Below, in pieces: positions 10,331 through 23,704 of a stretch of DNA of 64,000 nucleotides. Numbering within the stretch: position 1 is the first letter of the stretch; every line of letters begins with the position of its first letter. Under the pieces are notes generated by a model. That model had not been told where the DNA came from and searched no databases. It was given only the letters and a program-made list of their open reading frames with translations. Source of the DNA: Octopus vulgaris (taxonomy: Eukaryota); the NCBI GenBank assembly GCA_951406725.2, contig OX597820.1:26102001-26166000 (forward strand), written 5' to 3'. Made by a program: the position numbers and the translations under genes.

Positions 10331-13300
10331 TTCATTACTTTCTTGTGAATCATTGAATTCTGTTGTTTTGATGTCTGGAAATGGGTCTGGTATATTGGAG
10401 AAGAGAGACTAGATTGAACAGGAGCTTTCACCATTTGATGTCTAAAAAGTATGAAGTGTTTGTTAGATAGCTTAGATCAAGTAATTTTCTTTGTAGACTG
10501 TGATAGAATGTCTTTGATAATATTTGAATGGAAGGTTTTTTTTTTTTGCTATTGTATCACCTTACTCTCTCTCTCTCTCTCTCTCTCTCATCTGTAAGGT
10601 TCAGTATAATTTGCACCAAAGATATGCAGACAACTACTTGTTAAAGAATTCCTGAGTTAACCTCTGAAACCTGGGTAAACTTATTGTTAATGTACTTGTG
10701 TCACCCACACATAACCTGATTTTGAAAAGGTTATACATTCAAATGGAGTGATACTGTTGGGCAAGCATTGCTTCAAAAATTATCAGTAAACATAATGAAA
10801 TTGGATTATATCATGAGAGAAATTCCATATGATTTTAGAAACTTCACTGTGACGTGACAGAAAACTGTTGAAATGAGAGGGTTTTTTTTTTTTTTTTTTT
10901 TTTTCATTGCTGCACTTCTTTCTTTTGAATATTTTCCTGTTTTCTTAAATATCAAAGAGTAAAATCAATAAATGAATATAACAATTCTCTCTTTTTTATT
11001 TTGATCTATCACTATGTGATCTTTGATAGAATTTTGACCTCTTTTGTTATGCATAATCTTTCATTGATTCTCAATGAAAGATGTTTGATCCGTTACCTTG
11101 CTATCTCTTATAAATGATGCTGTCATTCTCTTCCTTGGTGTCTAGCTTATATTTCAATTACCTGAATCAATTTTCCATCTTTTATAAATTGCATATTGTC
11201 CTTGTGTCTTAGAATTTGTCCCTTTCAACTCTTTATCCCTTCTACAATTTCATGTTTTCCCTAAATATCTCTCAGTGAGTGAATGGATTTACATTATTCC
11301 TTTGAATTTGGACACTTCCGATGTTTGATCTTGTAGTTATATATTTTTATGTATATTTTTTATTCATGTCATTTCCAATTGATAGAGATTTTATCTATCT
11401 CTTTCTTTGTTCCGAATACTATGGTGAATGTTTATTTGATCTTGGAATCTTGTTTTATTATAAATCTTTTAGATTTGGTTGTGGTAATGGTAATAATAAG
11501 CCTTGGCAATAATGTTCAGAAGAGAATTTGTGCTTTAAAGATTTTATTATTCTACAAGTCTTGTATCAAAATATTTCTTGGTCTACAGTGGATTAACTAT
11601 CATTACCAATATAATACTTTACCAAAATAAATGTCCCCCTACCCCTTTGTTTTAGTCTTACGTGTCTTTTGAATCCAGTCATTTCACATATGCTAACATT
11701 GATTGAAGATAACTTTTTTAAAGTACAAACACACCACCCATTTTCCTGTACTCTTGGTTCCAGACCTGTGTCAGATTATCTGTTTTTCTGGATTAACAGA
11801 AGGCATGTAGTATTAATTCAGGGTAAATTTCTAGCAAACTGATACCACATTGCTAATGACTTTATTTTGCCACTAAGCCTTTATGAAATACCTTTGTTTA
11901 TTCATTAGAAATATGTCATAAAATTGGAAATATTCTTCCGACCCTATAATTAATATGAATAATATAAAGGTGCAAATATTTAAAACAAAATCTAATCTAC
12001 ACACTAACTTCTTGGAAGGCATATATTTACCTTCTTTCATGCTGGGACATTGAATTCTCTGCAGTGAAGGTTAAAGTTATCTATTAACTGGTGTTAGATT
12101 TAGTTTTAAACAATTGCATCTTTATATTTTTACAGTTATCTGTAAGGAGAGTGTTACCACATTCATGATATGTTACTAGTAAATAAGTGTGTGTTGTAAA
12201 AGCTTGGTAGTGAAAAAGTTATTAGCAATGGTCATGGGAAATTTAAGCACCATCACATAATTATGTCTGGATTACCAGATCACCAGTTGCTGGAAAATTA
12301 GTAGTTTACCTATATTAGGTTATGAAAACTGTACAGATATAATTTTTTTAATACCAGCTTAAACCGAATTAAGTGAAAAGGTGCTTTGGCACCCATTTTA
12401 TTAATTTAACATATGCTTTGAATTTTATCAGGAAGGGAGACATGGACAAGGAAGCAGCTCAGAGGGGCTCAAAGGTGTTTAAAATGATTTTTTTTTGTGA
12501 GCAGTCTCAGACAAAGCAGTATATTATGAGTTTTTGAGATGACTATTATTAGGGCTAGCAGAGAGTAAACCAATTGAAAGGGTTGAGGCATTTAAAGTAA
12601 TAATATAAAAAATATCAAAAAGATGAATTGTGGATAGTGTGTGAATCCCCTTGAATTTCATTGTAAATGCCAAACTGTTCCCAGCGTCATAGTGGCTGTG
12701 GGTTTGTCTCTGTTTAAACACTGGATGTAGGTTTGGATTAGTACAGTGGTGGTTTTATGGCTAACTCCAATGTAGTAGTACATTGGTTTGGTTACAATAT
12801 ACTGGTGAATGTTTGCTGATATTGCTGTACTGAAGTTGGCATTGTTTGTATATATATATATCTGAAAATAAGAATTGTTGAGGGAAAAGTGTCTATTCTC
12901 ATCTGCAGCTACCATGTTTTCTATCTGTTGTGATAGAAACAAGGATTCAGATCACAGAATTCAGGACATACTTCATTAATATATTGATGCAAAAATTCTG
13001 AATATAAAACTGTTATTTATATATATAATTTGTCTTTCTCTGCTGGGTTTATGTTTTGAAAATAAGAGAAATGCATTTGTTGAAAATGTCAGGGGCACCA
13101 GATTAAGTAGCAAATGGAAGCAACTGTTTAATATTCTTTAATATATTGTTTAAAAAAACAAATGTATTTCAAAAATACTTTGAGTCTTTTGTATTTCAGT
13201 AATCTCTTTATCTCATTGTTATTTCTAAAGAATTAAGCCATTCGATAATTCAGTATTCTTTAATATAATACATTATAGAATATGGCTTATTGTCTTAGAG

Positions 13301-14289
13301 AAATGATTATTAGTCATTTTGGTCATACACTTCAGTTTTATTTCATATTTTATTAGCGATGATTTTAATGACCAACATTTTTTTTCTCTTTTCTTATGAA
13401 GTAGTAAAGGGAATATTTATTTTTATAGTAATTTTACTTTTGTTTTTTAACTCATCATTGACAAAAAGGTCTCTTTTTTTTCTTTGCTAGCATTGTCTTT
13501 GGTATATGCATGCACATTCATGCATATATGCACTATTGCATTTACATTTCTGGTTACAAATGAAAAATGAAAATGAGTTTTATCTCTGAGGAGAAAATCC
13601 AATATAGTGTTATGTAAATGTAAATGGTTTTGGTGGTGGTGGGAATGCTGGATATTTTTATAACTTACGAAAGAGCTTTCTACAATGTTAGTTATTTTAT
13701 AAAATGAAGATTTTTTCTTTTTTTGATTCTAGTTTTTGATAAAAATTCCAACTGCTTTTAGCATTTCTCTGTCTCTATCTTGTCAATAGTGAAAGTGCAT
13801 TTATTACCTACGACATACTAAGTGTATATAATATTCATAATATTCTAAATATGTATATGTGAATATTTATTGTTTCAACTTGGAAAATAATCTTTCTTTA
13901 AGCTCAGAAGCTGGAATAATTTTTACACGTTAAGAAATAATCTTGCTTTTTCTGGACAGTTTTTACATCTACTCTTAAGATTTGTCTCGTGAAAGTGCAT
14001 GATATTAAGCTTTATAACATGTAAGAGAATTTGCTCGTGTGTGCACACACATATACACACATATTGATTATATGTCCTTTGGTTTATTTCTTATGCTTTT
14101 AATGTTCATATCGATATTGTTACTGATACCACATTTTCTTACAGATAGATTGAAACCTATTCTACTTAAGATCTAGTTATTAGAAATGTTGGTAGTTATC
14201 ATATTGATTTTCTTTTTACTTTTGAGCTCTGATTTCTTCACCTTGTAAATTGTTAATGCTTTTATTGTTGTTATAATTTTTGTTATTGT

Positions 14290-14945
14290 TAGGGCAGTGG
14301 ATTGACAGACACGTTAATGTGTCACACAAAACACTGAGCAGCACTTGTTCTAGCTCTTTATATTCTGATTTCAAATCTTGTTGAGGTTGGCTTTGCTTTT
14401 CATCCTTCCAGTGTTAAACTTTACCTTTCATCCCTTCAGAGTTGATGAAGCACCAGTCAAAAATGGGTTGATTTAATTGACAAACCCGCTTCTCCTAAAT
14501 TTTGCTGGTCTTGAACCTAAATTAGAAACAATTAGGAGTGTGGTGGATTTGTACAATCTTTTAAGCACTGGGCAAAATACTTCAAGACATTTCTTACGGT
14601 TCTTTACATTCTGAGTTCATATCCCACCAAAGTCAACTTTGCCTTTCATTCTTTGAGGTCAATAAAATAGAAAAGTACCAGTCAACTACTGGAGTCAGTG
14701 TGATTGGCTAACACCCTCTCCTAAAAATTTCTGGTCTTGTACTAAAGTTAGAAATCACCATCACCAGAATCATTAGGTAGTTTTGCTGTATTTCCAGTTC
14801 TTTATACTCTGAGTTCAGATTTGGCTGAGGTTAAATTAGCCTTCCATCCTTTCAAGATGGATGAAATAAGCTTACCAAACACAAAAGTTGATAGTTGCAA
14901 CTAATCCTTCCCCACAAGAATGTTGGCCTTGTGGTTGAATTAGAC
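14290..14945 (+). mobile_element. Three head-to-tail degenerate SINE family B copies
   Basis: Repeated TTCTGAGTTCA...CTTTGCCTTTCATCC...GTACCAGTCAA...TTAGAAA blocks. Confidence 0.75.
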
Positions 14946-15339
14946 ATAATTTATTGTTGTCATTAAAACTTATTTTAAAAAATTATCTTATACATACCAC
15001 CCCACTCCCATCATGCCCACATTCTATCAAGAATGCATCTAATGGTATTTTTTTCTAATCATACCAGCTTTCTCAAGTTGAAGCAGACATTAATCATAGA
15101 ATTCTAATAATCATTTAACATTAGAACTTATTTCCATTGTTGATTTGATAATAAGAGCAATTGCCCAGTAATATAATTGTGACTGTCTTTCTGATAATTT
15201 TGCTGTTTTATTGTTCTCATGAAAGTGCATACCAGTCCAATGATATGGCCATCGCACTGTATCTTTAAGATCTACACTTTGATAACAAGTTCTATTCTTT
15301 GATAACAGTGAACTTGTTTGTCTTTAAATGTACCATGGC

Positions 15340-16032
15340 TGTGAGATCATTCATCTTAGATTTGTTTTTCTGTGCTAGCATGTGTTAGACAAGCATATGT
15401 TGATGCATTGATTTTTACAGTTTGACTAGCCTTCCTGTCATAAATCCTTAGGTATATTCTAAGTAAAGGAGTTTTCATTCCATTCATCTTTGAAAGTGGA
15501 GAGCTAACAAATGATTTGTTGGCAGGGAAATGTCAACAATATTACTTACCTGTCCATAGCCCAGCAATTCTTTGTAAAGGCAGAGAATGTAAACTTTTGT
15601 ACAAACACCTATGCATGACATACACTTGCTTACGGTGTTTTTTTTTTTTTTTCCGTGTTAACATTAGATTGGATGAAGACATTATTGGGCATTGTTATAT
15701 ACGTGGATGCTCTTCTTGTCCCTAACCCTTATTTGTTTTCCAAGTGAGGAATATTTATTCCACTTGTTTTCAAAAGAGCTGAGTTACAAGGCAATTTTAT
15801 GGTAGGCAAATTGTTAACACCGCATCACCCTCTCAAGTGATTTTGTATGAAGATGTTGAATAGTTGAATAATGCAAGCAAAGATACTACAGTTTCTCTGT
15901 CAAGTTCACTCACTGACAAGGAGTTGATTGACCTGAGGTTGACTCTTTCCCAAGGTGTTGCACATTGCAACTAAATCCCAAACCATGTGGATGCAAAGCA
16001 AACTGCTTAATCATGCAACCAGGTTTGCAGCT
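15340..16032 (-). mobile_element. Degenerate SINE(s) with family A head and RTE-like tail
   Basis: Family A head at about 15890-16032, with two RTE-tail-like segments upstream on +. Confidence 0.55.
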
Positions 16033-17339
16033 TTATGTTTATTTGATTCAAGAACTAATCTTTCATGATTATTCATGATAAAAATCCTGGAAATTCTCCT
16101 TAGAAGAAAATATGGCAAAAATATTTAACTGGAAATAAAAAGTTTCAGTGTTATTGCTTTGACCCAGATCAGCCCTAAGTGAGCAGACCTATAATCCAAC
16201 TTGTTCCAGGACTATATTTTTCACTTTTTAGAATGGTTGCAAGAGATTTAGCTGCTATTTCTTGGAAGTCAAGTGACTTAATATAGGCATTCTTTTTTTT
16301 TTTTTTAGTGTACTATTTCATTGTCACACAACAATCTACATAAGCAAACCGGCAATTATTAACCATTAGCCAATGATATTTTCATTAAGCTTTTTTTTCT
16401 CATTTAGAAAAAAAAAAATTTCCAAACATTTGCTTTAAGAGACAACCCTGTAAGTTTTTGGGGTTAATATTCAGTTTGGAAAGATAAAGAAACTTAAAAA
16501 TGAAAAGTTTGGAAAAAAAAAAGGTGTTTAATGAATTACCAGAGTACATTAAAAGGATAACTAGAAGTTTCATAGGGAGTTAGTATGATGATGTGTTGCT
16601 ACTCTATTGAAACCCACACTCTTGAGAGTATGGATGGGGCTTCAAAGAGAAATTACTGGAAAGTTACTCTGCTTTAGGGACTTACAGGTCTATAGGTACC
16701 ATCCTAACCCCAAGATATTTCTGTAAGTAGAATCATGGCTTAAAGGTAATCTAACAATAGAGGAATAAAAATGTAGCATAGATAGAAATAGAAACAAGAG
16801 GTTAATATTCCAGTTGGTTAATACTACCATGTACTTAGATATTTGTAAAATATGCAAGTAGTTTATGGCTGTCAAGACATTTTTTTAAATACTAAATTAC
16901 TCCTAAGACAGTTAAGTATGATATTTTTGTACTGTATTTTCCAGTTTATTGATAATGTATGTTTGTGTCTTTTTTGATCTGTTGTGTAATTTTTTTTTTT
17001 ATAAAATAATGTTACTAGAGATACATACTCTTGATAAGCCTGTTTTGTTTTTGTTTTGTGTTGTTCATAACTTGATTTGAATTTAGGACATATTACATTG
17101 ATATTTGTAAGAACTGTCACTTTAACCTGATATGAGGTATTTATCAAATTCAAATTCAGCATAACCCTTCTGCCAAATTTCTCATTACTCCTTCAAGAAA
17201 GTATCTTACAATAATAATAGGAGATAAAAAAAAGAAGTACTTTTGTATATATCAGATAAAATTATGTAGGCACATTAAACTATTTCCTTCATTTTATCTA
17301 AAAGTGTATATTACTTTCACTTTTAGTTAAAAGGTTATA

Positions 17340-18060
17340 TATCATCATTTAATGTCTACCTGCCATGCTGGCAAGTTTTGGGTGGTTTGACAAGAGCTGG
17401 CAAGCCAGAAGATTGCATTGTGCTCACTGGCTGCTTTGGTATGGTTTGCCAACCACTTTACAGTGTACTATGTGCTTTTTACTTAGCACCAGTACTCACA
17501 AGGTCGCCAAGTACCTTGCAAGACAAAACTCCCTCAACTGAGTGAAGGAGTAATGTTAAGGTAGGTAGAAGTGTGCTATATATGATAAATAAAAGAAAAC
17601 ACATAATTCCTTTTGTATTGTAATTCATCAAATTATTTTTGTGAAACAACTGCATTATTATATAAGCATGTTTGTGCCTATATGCATACATACATATATA
17701 ATTTCCATCACCATTTAGTGGCCACTCTTCCATGCTTGCCTGGATCAGATGGAATTTGTTGAGGTAGAGTTCCTATGGATGGATGCCCTTCCTGTTGCCA
17801 ACTGTCACCTGTTTCCAAACAAGGCAATATTTTTCCATGGCTATGCATGTATTTTCGTGGATGACTGGAAATACACGTATACACAAACATACACAAGTAC
17901 ACTCACATATAATGCACCTGTTTCAGTTTTTGTCTACCAAAGCCTCTCACAAAGTTTTAGTTGACTTGAAGCTTGGTAGAAGACACTTGCCCAAGGTACC
18001 ATGCAACAGGACTGAACCCAACACTATGCCAGTGTTCCAGTGATGCTTACAGCACCTATG
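17340..18060 (-). mobile_element. RTE 3' UTR fragment (17340-17560) plus A-head/RTE-tail SINE (17705-18060)
   Basis: (CAT)n termini, the GGATGCCCTTCC motif and the family A head GACACTTGCCCAAGG...GGACTGAACCC. Confidence 0.7.
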
Positions 18061-18274
18061 TTTATCCAGTGGTTATCCATTTAAGTTCTTACTAAGTTTC
18101 AGTTTTGTTTAACTTCAGTGATCAGCCAGGAAATGCTGCTTTTAATATATAGCTTTGTATATGTGTGTGTAGTACACAGCCCTTGTATTGGGCATTAGAC
18201 CCTTTATTCAGTCAATGTTCTTTGTTTTTTATGCATTTAATAGCATTTATTTTTAAGTATTTACATACACATAT

Positions 18275-18510
18275 CCTCGCCTGTGCTTGTACCATGTAAA
18301 AAGCACTACTCACCTCACCTCTGCTTGTGCCATGTAAAAAGCACTAAGTCCACTCTGCTAAGTGGTTAGTGTTAGGAGGGGCATCTAGCTATAAAAATTC
18401 TGCCAAAGCAGTCACAGAAGTCTGATGCAGGCTTTTAGCCCAGCCGGTTCTTGTACTGTCCCACCCACACTAGCATGGAAGATGGACATTAAACGTTGAT
18501 GATAATGATA
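18275..18510 (+). mobile_element. RTE-type LINE 3' UTR fragment
   Basis: Two tandem GCTTGT(A/G)CCATGTAAAAAGCAC units, AGGGGCATCTAGC, and an end at GGACATTAAACGTTGATGATAATGAT. A similar copy is at 19845-20040. Confidence 0.7.
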
Positions 18511-19199
18511 TCCACACACCTACTCTTTCTCTCAAGCAAACACGTACATTGTAGTACTGAATTCTTTTCAGTGCATTACCCCCGCTCCACGCACGCACAC
18601 TAGTCATCTGATGATAGGTCACAGCTTGATGCATAATAATATTATAAATTCTGAGAGTTATGTACTTAAATTATTATTTCAAAATTTACATTCCATGTAC
18701 TGTCTTAGGTGTCATGGCAAATGATAGATATCCATTTCTATCAGTGTAAGACCATTTACAAGTCATTTTGAATGCATATTGGGTACTTGTGCAGCTGTAA
18801 AATACCAGTACATTCCCATTCACATTAAATACATGCTAATTTTGCCATTATTCTGTAGTGCTTCTGGACTCTCATTCAACAGGAAAATATTTTGCACCCT
18901 TTCTGATTCTTTTATACTTACACAATGTTGAGTTTGAGTTTTCCAACCTCTTAATAAGTACATGCATAATGTATTTGTGAATGTGTGTGCGTGTGTGCAT
19001 GTATACCCTCCTTCTTCCATTTTCCTGAGCGCCTAATAATAATAATAATAATACTGTAATTGTTCCACGTGTTGTTGTTTTTTCTGTTTTCCCGTTTGGA
19101 TTAACCTTATATATATATATATATATATCAAACTGTTTTGATCTATACATGTAACTCCCAATAAATTGGTTGAGTGTCCTTTCATTTGCCAACTCACTT

Positions 19200-19216
19200 G
19201 TGTGTTTGTGTATATA

Positions 19217-19247
<31 letters not shown>

Positions 19248-19330
19248 GTATGTGTATGTATATATATATGTATGTGTATGTATATATGTATGTGTATGTA
19301 TATATGTATGTGAATGTATATATGTGTATG

Positions 19331-19375
<45 letters not shown>

Positions 19376-19651
19376 GTGTGTGTATGTATGTATATATATG
19401 TATGTGTACGTATGTATGTATATATATGTATGTGTATGTATATATATGTATGTATATGTGTACATATATGTATATATATGTATGTATATGTGTACATATA
19501 TGTATATATATGTATGTATGTGTATATATATGTATATATGTATACATGTATGTATATATATATATATATATATATGTGTACATGTATGCATGTGTATATA
19601 TATATGTATTTGTACATATATGTATGTATATATATATGTATATATGTGTAC

Positions 19652-19684
<33 letters not shown>

Positions 19685-19695
19685 TATATGTATAT
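19200..19695. repeat. Compound (TA)n/(TG)n/(TATG)n microsatellite of about 500 bp
   Basis: Directly visible. It explains the overlapping Y/I/H/T/V/C/M-rich ORFs of 128-239 aa. Confidence 0.97.
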
Positions 19696-20074
19696 TTTAG
19701 AATTTGATGGAGGGTATATTTTAGATTAAAAAAGAACTCTGTTTATCTTAATTTTGAAAAATAAAAGTATTAAAAAACTACATTATTTATGGAATGACCC
19801 TATATATAAATATGATGATGATGATATATATACACACACACACACATGTGCTAGTGACTTGTGAAAGACACCATGTACATTCTGTAAAATGTTTGGCATT
19901 AGGAAGGGCATCAAGCCATAGAAACCAAGCTAAAACAGACAATTAGTGCCTGGGATAGCTCTCTGGCTTATCAGCTCTAGTCAAACCATCTAAGCTATGC
20001 CAGAATGGAAAACAGACATTAAATGATGATGATAATGATATGCTATTGTACCAAGACATGGAAGCATGCAGTAC

Positions 20075-21700
20075 AACTTTTGTTGGAAGTATGTAGAATC
20101 TTTAATATGTTATGTGCAGCAAACTAGAATTGCTTAACCTAGACTACGATTTTGTTTGCTTGGTCAGTTGACTTTACCTGGCTGCAGGATGTAAGTAATA
20201 AGATGACTCTAGATGTGTGTGTGTGGAGGGGAGTTTAAAATTCCTTGGGGAAGATGTTGAACCTGTATTGGCAAGACAAAATTAATTTGTTTTGTTTAAG
20301 ACTGGAGTGGGATGGTGGATGATGGGTACCTTCTGTGAGGTAGAGGTCATAAGATTTTGATCTGTTCTGAAATATCTATGCTTCATGAGATTTTCCAAAT
20401 GCGCTTTGAAGTGTTGTGACATTTTCCAGGGGGTGATCACAGAACCAGCTATTGTGCTGGTGCAGACAGACCTTGAATTAATGTTCTTACAGATACGCCT
20501 TGTCTAAAAGTTGTTTTTGTTGAGCAACTTGTCGAATTTATGGTCATTTAAAAAAATATTTTCAGATTAAGGAGAGCGAGATATTGTGCAACACTAATTT
20601 ATTTTTTAAACCACTATTGTATGGAGGGTTATATCTTATAAGGTTTCTTTTCTTAGTATTTCTTTAGGGCAATTGCTAGATGACTGTTGTACTTTATTCT
20701 TTCTTTGTATTGGCTATGTCATAATGCCTTGCTGTTGCACTCAAAGTCTGTTAAGTTATTTTGTTGGAGGATAATGGCACTTACCCTTTTGTTGATGCTT
20801 ATTGGTACATTCTTAGTGATGTTTAGTGAGTGATTAAAATGAATGTGGATGTACAAGTTTACTTTGAGCTTGACATCCAAAAAGTGAAGTTTATAGTTGT
20901 ATGGTTTGCATTTACCATTGCAGTTAGGCTGAATTTCTTAATATTTATAACAGCTCACACTATTCAAAGACATCGAGTTTGTCATACCCAATAGACATAA
21001 ACTAACACCATTCAAAGAAGTTTCTATTCCTTAGAATAGGTACAAACCTACTAGATCACATAATTTGTCCCCTTCATCCACACTAGTATCAAAACTACTG
21101 GTCAGATTGGAGGGATCTTCTTGTATGCATAACAATCTGCAAGCTTATGTATCTTTTGGCCAAATTGATTGCTTTTTCAAAGGTTCTCCACTTTTTGAAG
21201 AATAATAATCAACAATGTCAAATTGGATAAATTTATATTTGTTATCCATGTGTTCATCCATCATATTGTTCATCATAGACTTCAATTCAATTTCTTTTGC
21301 AAAACAACTTCTGACTTAACCAAATATTACTTATTGATCCAAACTTCGGATCACCTGTAATTAATTTATTCATTTTCATTTCAAAATCAGACTTTTTTTA
21401 AGGAGCTGAGTATTTGTTTGAGGAGCAAGTTTGTGTTTGCTAAAGAGGGAAAAGCTTTTTAAATTGTCCAGTGCTCAAAGGAAAATGGTATCAATTCCTG
21501 CTAGTTATGTTGGTATGTTTAACAAATTAGTTATGTTCAGTGCTAACTTGTGTATTGTACAATTACCAACTTGCTGTGATATTTGGTTTGAGTGGTTTAC
21601 AACACATGTACCATTAGAGTTAAAAAAAAAAGCTTTTAGTTGGTTAAGGAGGCAACAATAATTACCTACTATGAAATATGAGCCATGTGGAATCATTCAT
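20075..21700 (-). mobile_element. Penelope-like retroelement fossil (RT plus GIY-YIG region)
   Basis: Minus-strand peptides KYKFIQFDIVDYYSS, SFDTSVDEGDKLCDLVGLY, FLDVKL, LYIHIHFNHSLNITKNVPISINKRVS and KRNLIRYNPPY appear in the order expected for PLE RT (FIQFDI.EFYPSI, FDVTMGSYDGAEVCELVGLY, NFLDV, YIH..SNHP, RNIIWFNPPY). Many stops and frameshifts. Confidence 0.8.
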
Positions 21701-21799
21701 AAAAGCAATGGAAAAAATAATCTCTGTTATTGGCTTTTTATATATTTTTGTGAGAGCGCTCACTGTTTCTAGTATTATTTGCATTTGCTGAGTGTTTTC

Positions 21800-22182
21800 T
21801 CATCATCATCATTGTCATTTAACGTCCGTTTTCCATGCTAGCATGGGTTGGACGGTTTTGACTGAGGGCTGGCAACCAGATGGCTGCACCAGGCTCCAGT
21901 CTTGATCTGACAGAGTTTCTACAGCTGGATGCCCTTCCTAATGCCAACCACTCCGAGAGTGTAGTGGGTGCTTTTTACGTGCCACCTGCACGGGGGCCAG
22001 TCAGGCGGTACTGGCAATGACCTCGCTTGAATCTTTTTACACGTGCCACCGACACAGGTGCCAGTGAAGTGATGTTGGTAATGATCACGCTCGAATGGTG
22101 CCCTTTTATGTGCCACGGGTACGGAAGCCAGTTGGCTGCTCTGGCAACGATCGCACTCGGATGGTGTTCTCGGCACCCTACT
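21800..22182 (-). mobile_element. RTE-type LINE 3' UTR, relatively young
   Basis: (ATG)n tail on the minus strand, internal tandem units of about 60 bp, and many CpGs retained. Confidence 0.85.
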
Positions 22183-22319
22183 GTTGTTATTTATTTATAG
22201 GACAATCTTTAACAAGCAGACATGATCAAAGGTGTTCCTGCTGTGACCACACAAGTTTTGGGTATCAGGGATTATCAAAAAAAAAAAAACAACATAATAA
22301 ATAAAGAGGAGCAAAGGTC

Positions 22320-22515
22320 CTTTCCAAGCCATAGGCTAATAAGGCTTGTTTTCTGGATTCTGTGACTTATATACTTCCCTGCTGGATGAGATGCCAGTCC
22401 ATTGCAGGCTTATTCAGTTTTGCTAGCTTAGTGGACTGGAGCAACATGAAATGAAGTATTTTGCTCAAGAGCACAACATATCACCAGTCTAGGAATTGAA
22501 ACCATAATCTTAGAA
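22320..22515 (-). mobile_element. CORE-like tRNA SINE (family C head), inserted in a family F copy
   Basis: GTGGACTGGAGCAACATGAAATGAAGTATTTTGCTCAAGAGCACAAC matches the reverse complement of 33880-33935. Confidence 0.7.
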
Positions 22516-22786
22516 TAACTCCTGCATCCCCACACATCAGGTACTACACTATTGTTCAATATGTATTTTTTTCATTGAGATGGTACTGTGTGATTTGAGG
22601 GAGATTTGGTTACTATTTCTAGCAGGCCATAGAGCTCACTTGCTGGTTTATATTTCATGTTAAACTGTGAGGAAATGCATTGCTGTTTCACTTTCACTTA
22701 ATCTCTTCATCAATGTGAAAGCAATTTCAAGCCAGGAAATTGGTTGTGACTCTTTTATCTACTACTTTATAGTAGGTTCTCTCTTC

Positions 22787-22941
22787 ATTTTCTGTTAGTC
22801 TGTCACTACTTTTGACTATTATGTAGTTTATTTATTTATTTTTCGAAGATGTAAGCAATATAAATAAACATCCGTTTTTCAATGATTGTTTTAATTAGCA
22901 ACATCAAAAGTCTGAATTAAAGAATCTTCATTAATCAACCA
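22787..22941 (+). repeat. 155-bp segment, probable donor copy of a local direct duplication
   Basis: Near-identical to 24848-25002, with only a few substitutions. Confidence 0.95.
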
Positions 22942-23704
22942 AATATTTTCAGACACACCTGTTTGTAAGTTGTAATTCTCATAGTTTTCATCAATTGTTG
23001 GCATCTCACAAAGTACTTTAATCTTCCAGTTTTGATAGAATATATTAGTGGGTTTTTTTTTTTTTTTTTTTTTTTTTGGCCTCCTGATTTACACAGGAAA
23101 ATCATTGTCATAGACTAGAATATTAACCATTAGAGAGACGGGAAAAAAAAAACAAAAAAAAAACGGAGAGTGAAAAATTATTGTGAGAAAAAGTGCTTTT
23201 ACTCGAAAACCATTTCTGATGAGGCTTTCTGTGTGTTTGTTGCATCTAAGTTGGAACTTGTTGCTTTTACTTCATTCAAAACATGACAGCTTCTTTTTTC
23301 TTTATTAGAGGTTTCAAATCATAGGTTGTGAACAACAGATTGCTTTCTCTCAGCTTCTCCCTTTCTGATTGGTTGTCATACAATGAAAGTGAAGTACAGT
23401 ACATTATTGTGTGCAATTACTAATGACATTCAGTATGAAAGTGTCAGAAAACCAGTCGAAAGAGTAAATCATCTTGAATTATTGTCAGTTAAATTTCTGC
23501 ATTACTCCAAGCTCAACTTGTGTGTTAAATTTGTATTTTTTTAATTTTATTTATTTTTTTTTTTTAATGTGTACACACTAACCAAAAATGATCTAGCAGT
23601 GTTGAGTTAATTTTTTGAACTGCTTTTTTCCCCCACCACCTTTCAGTCCAGAAAATACGTGTAAAAATGAGTGGAGTTATTTGTCAAATACAATTATATA
23701 TATA

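Noticed and set aside
10900-11650. Possible very old Penelope fragment on minus (QPNLKDL, GQT-like); a similar vague LINE-like stretch at 37700-38150
   Set aside because: Motif similarity is too weak to support without a search.
18872-19729. Longest ORFs in the track (128-239 aa) in many frames
   Set aside because: They are translations of a stop-free TA/TG microsatellite. The same applies to 26679-27063 and 48437-48697.
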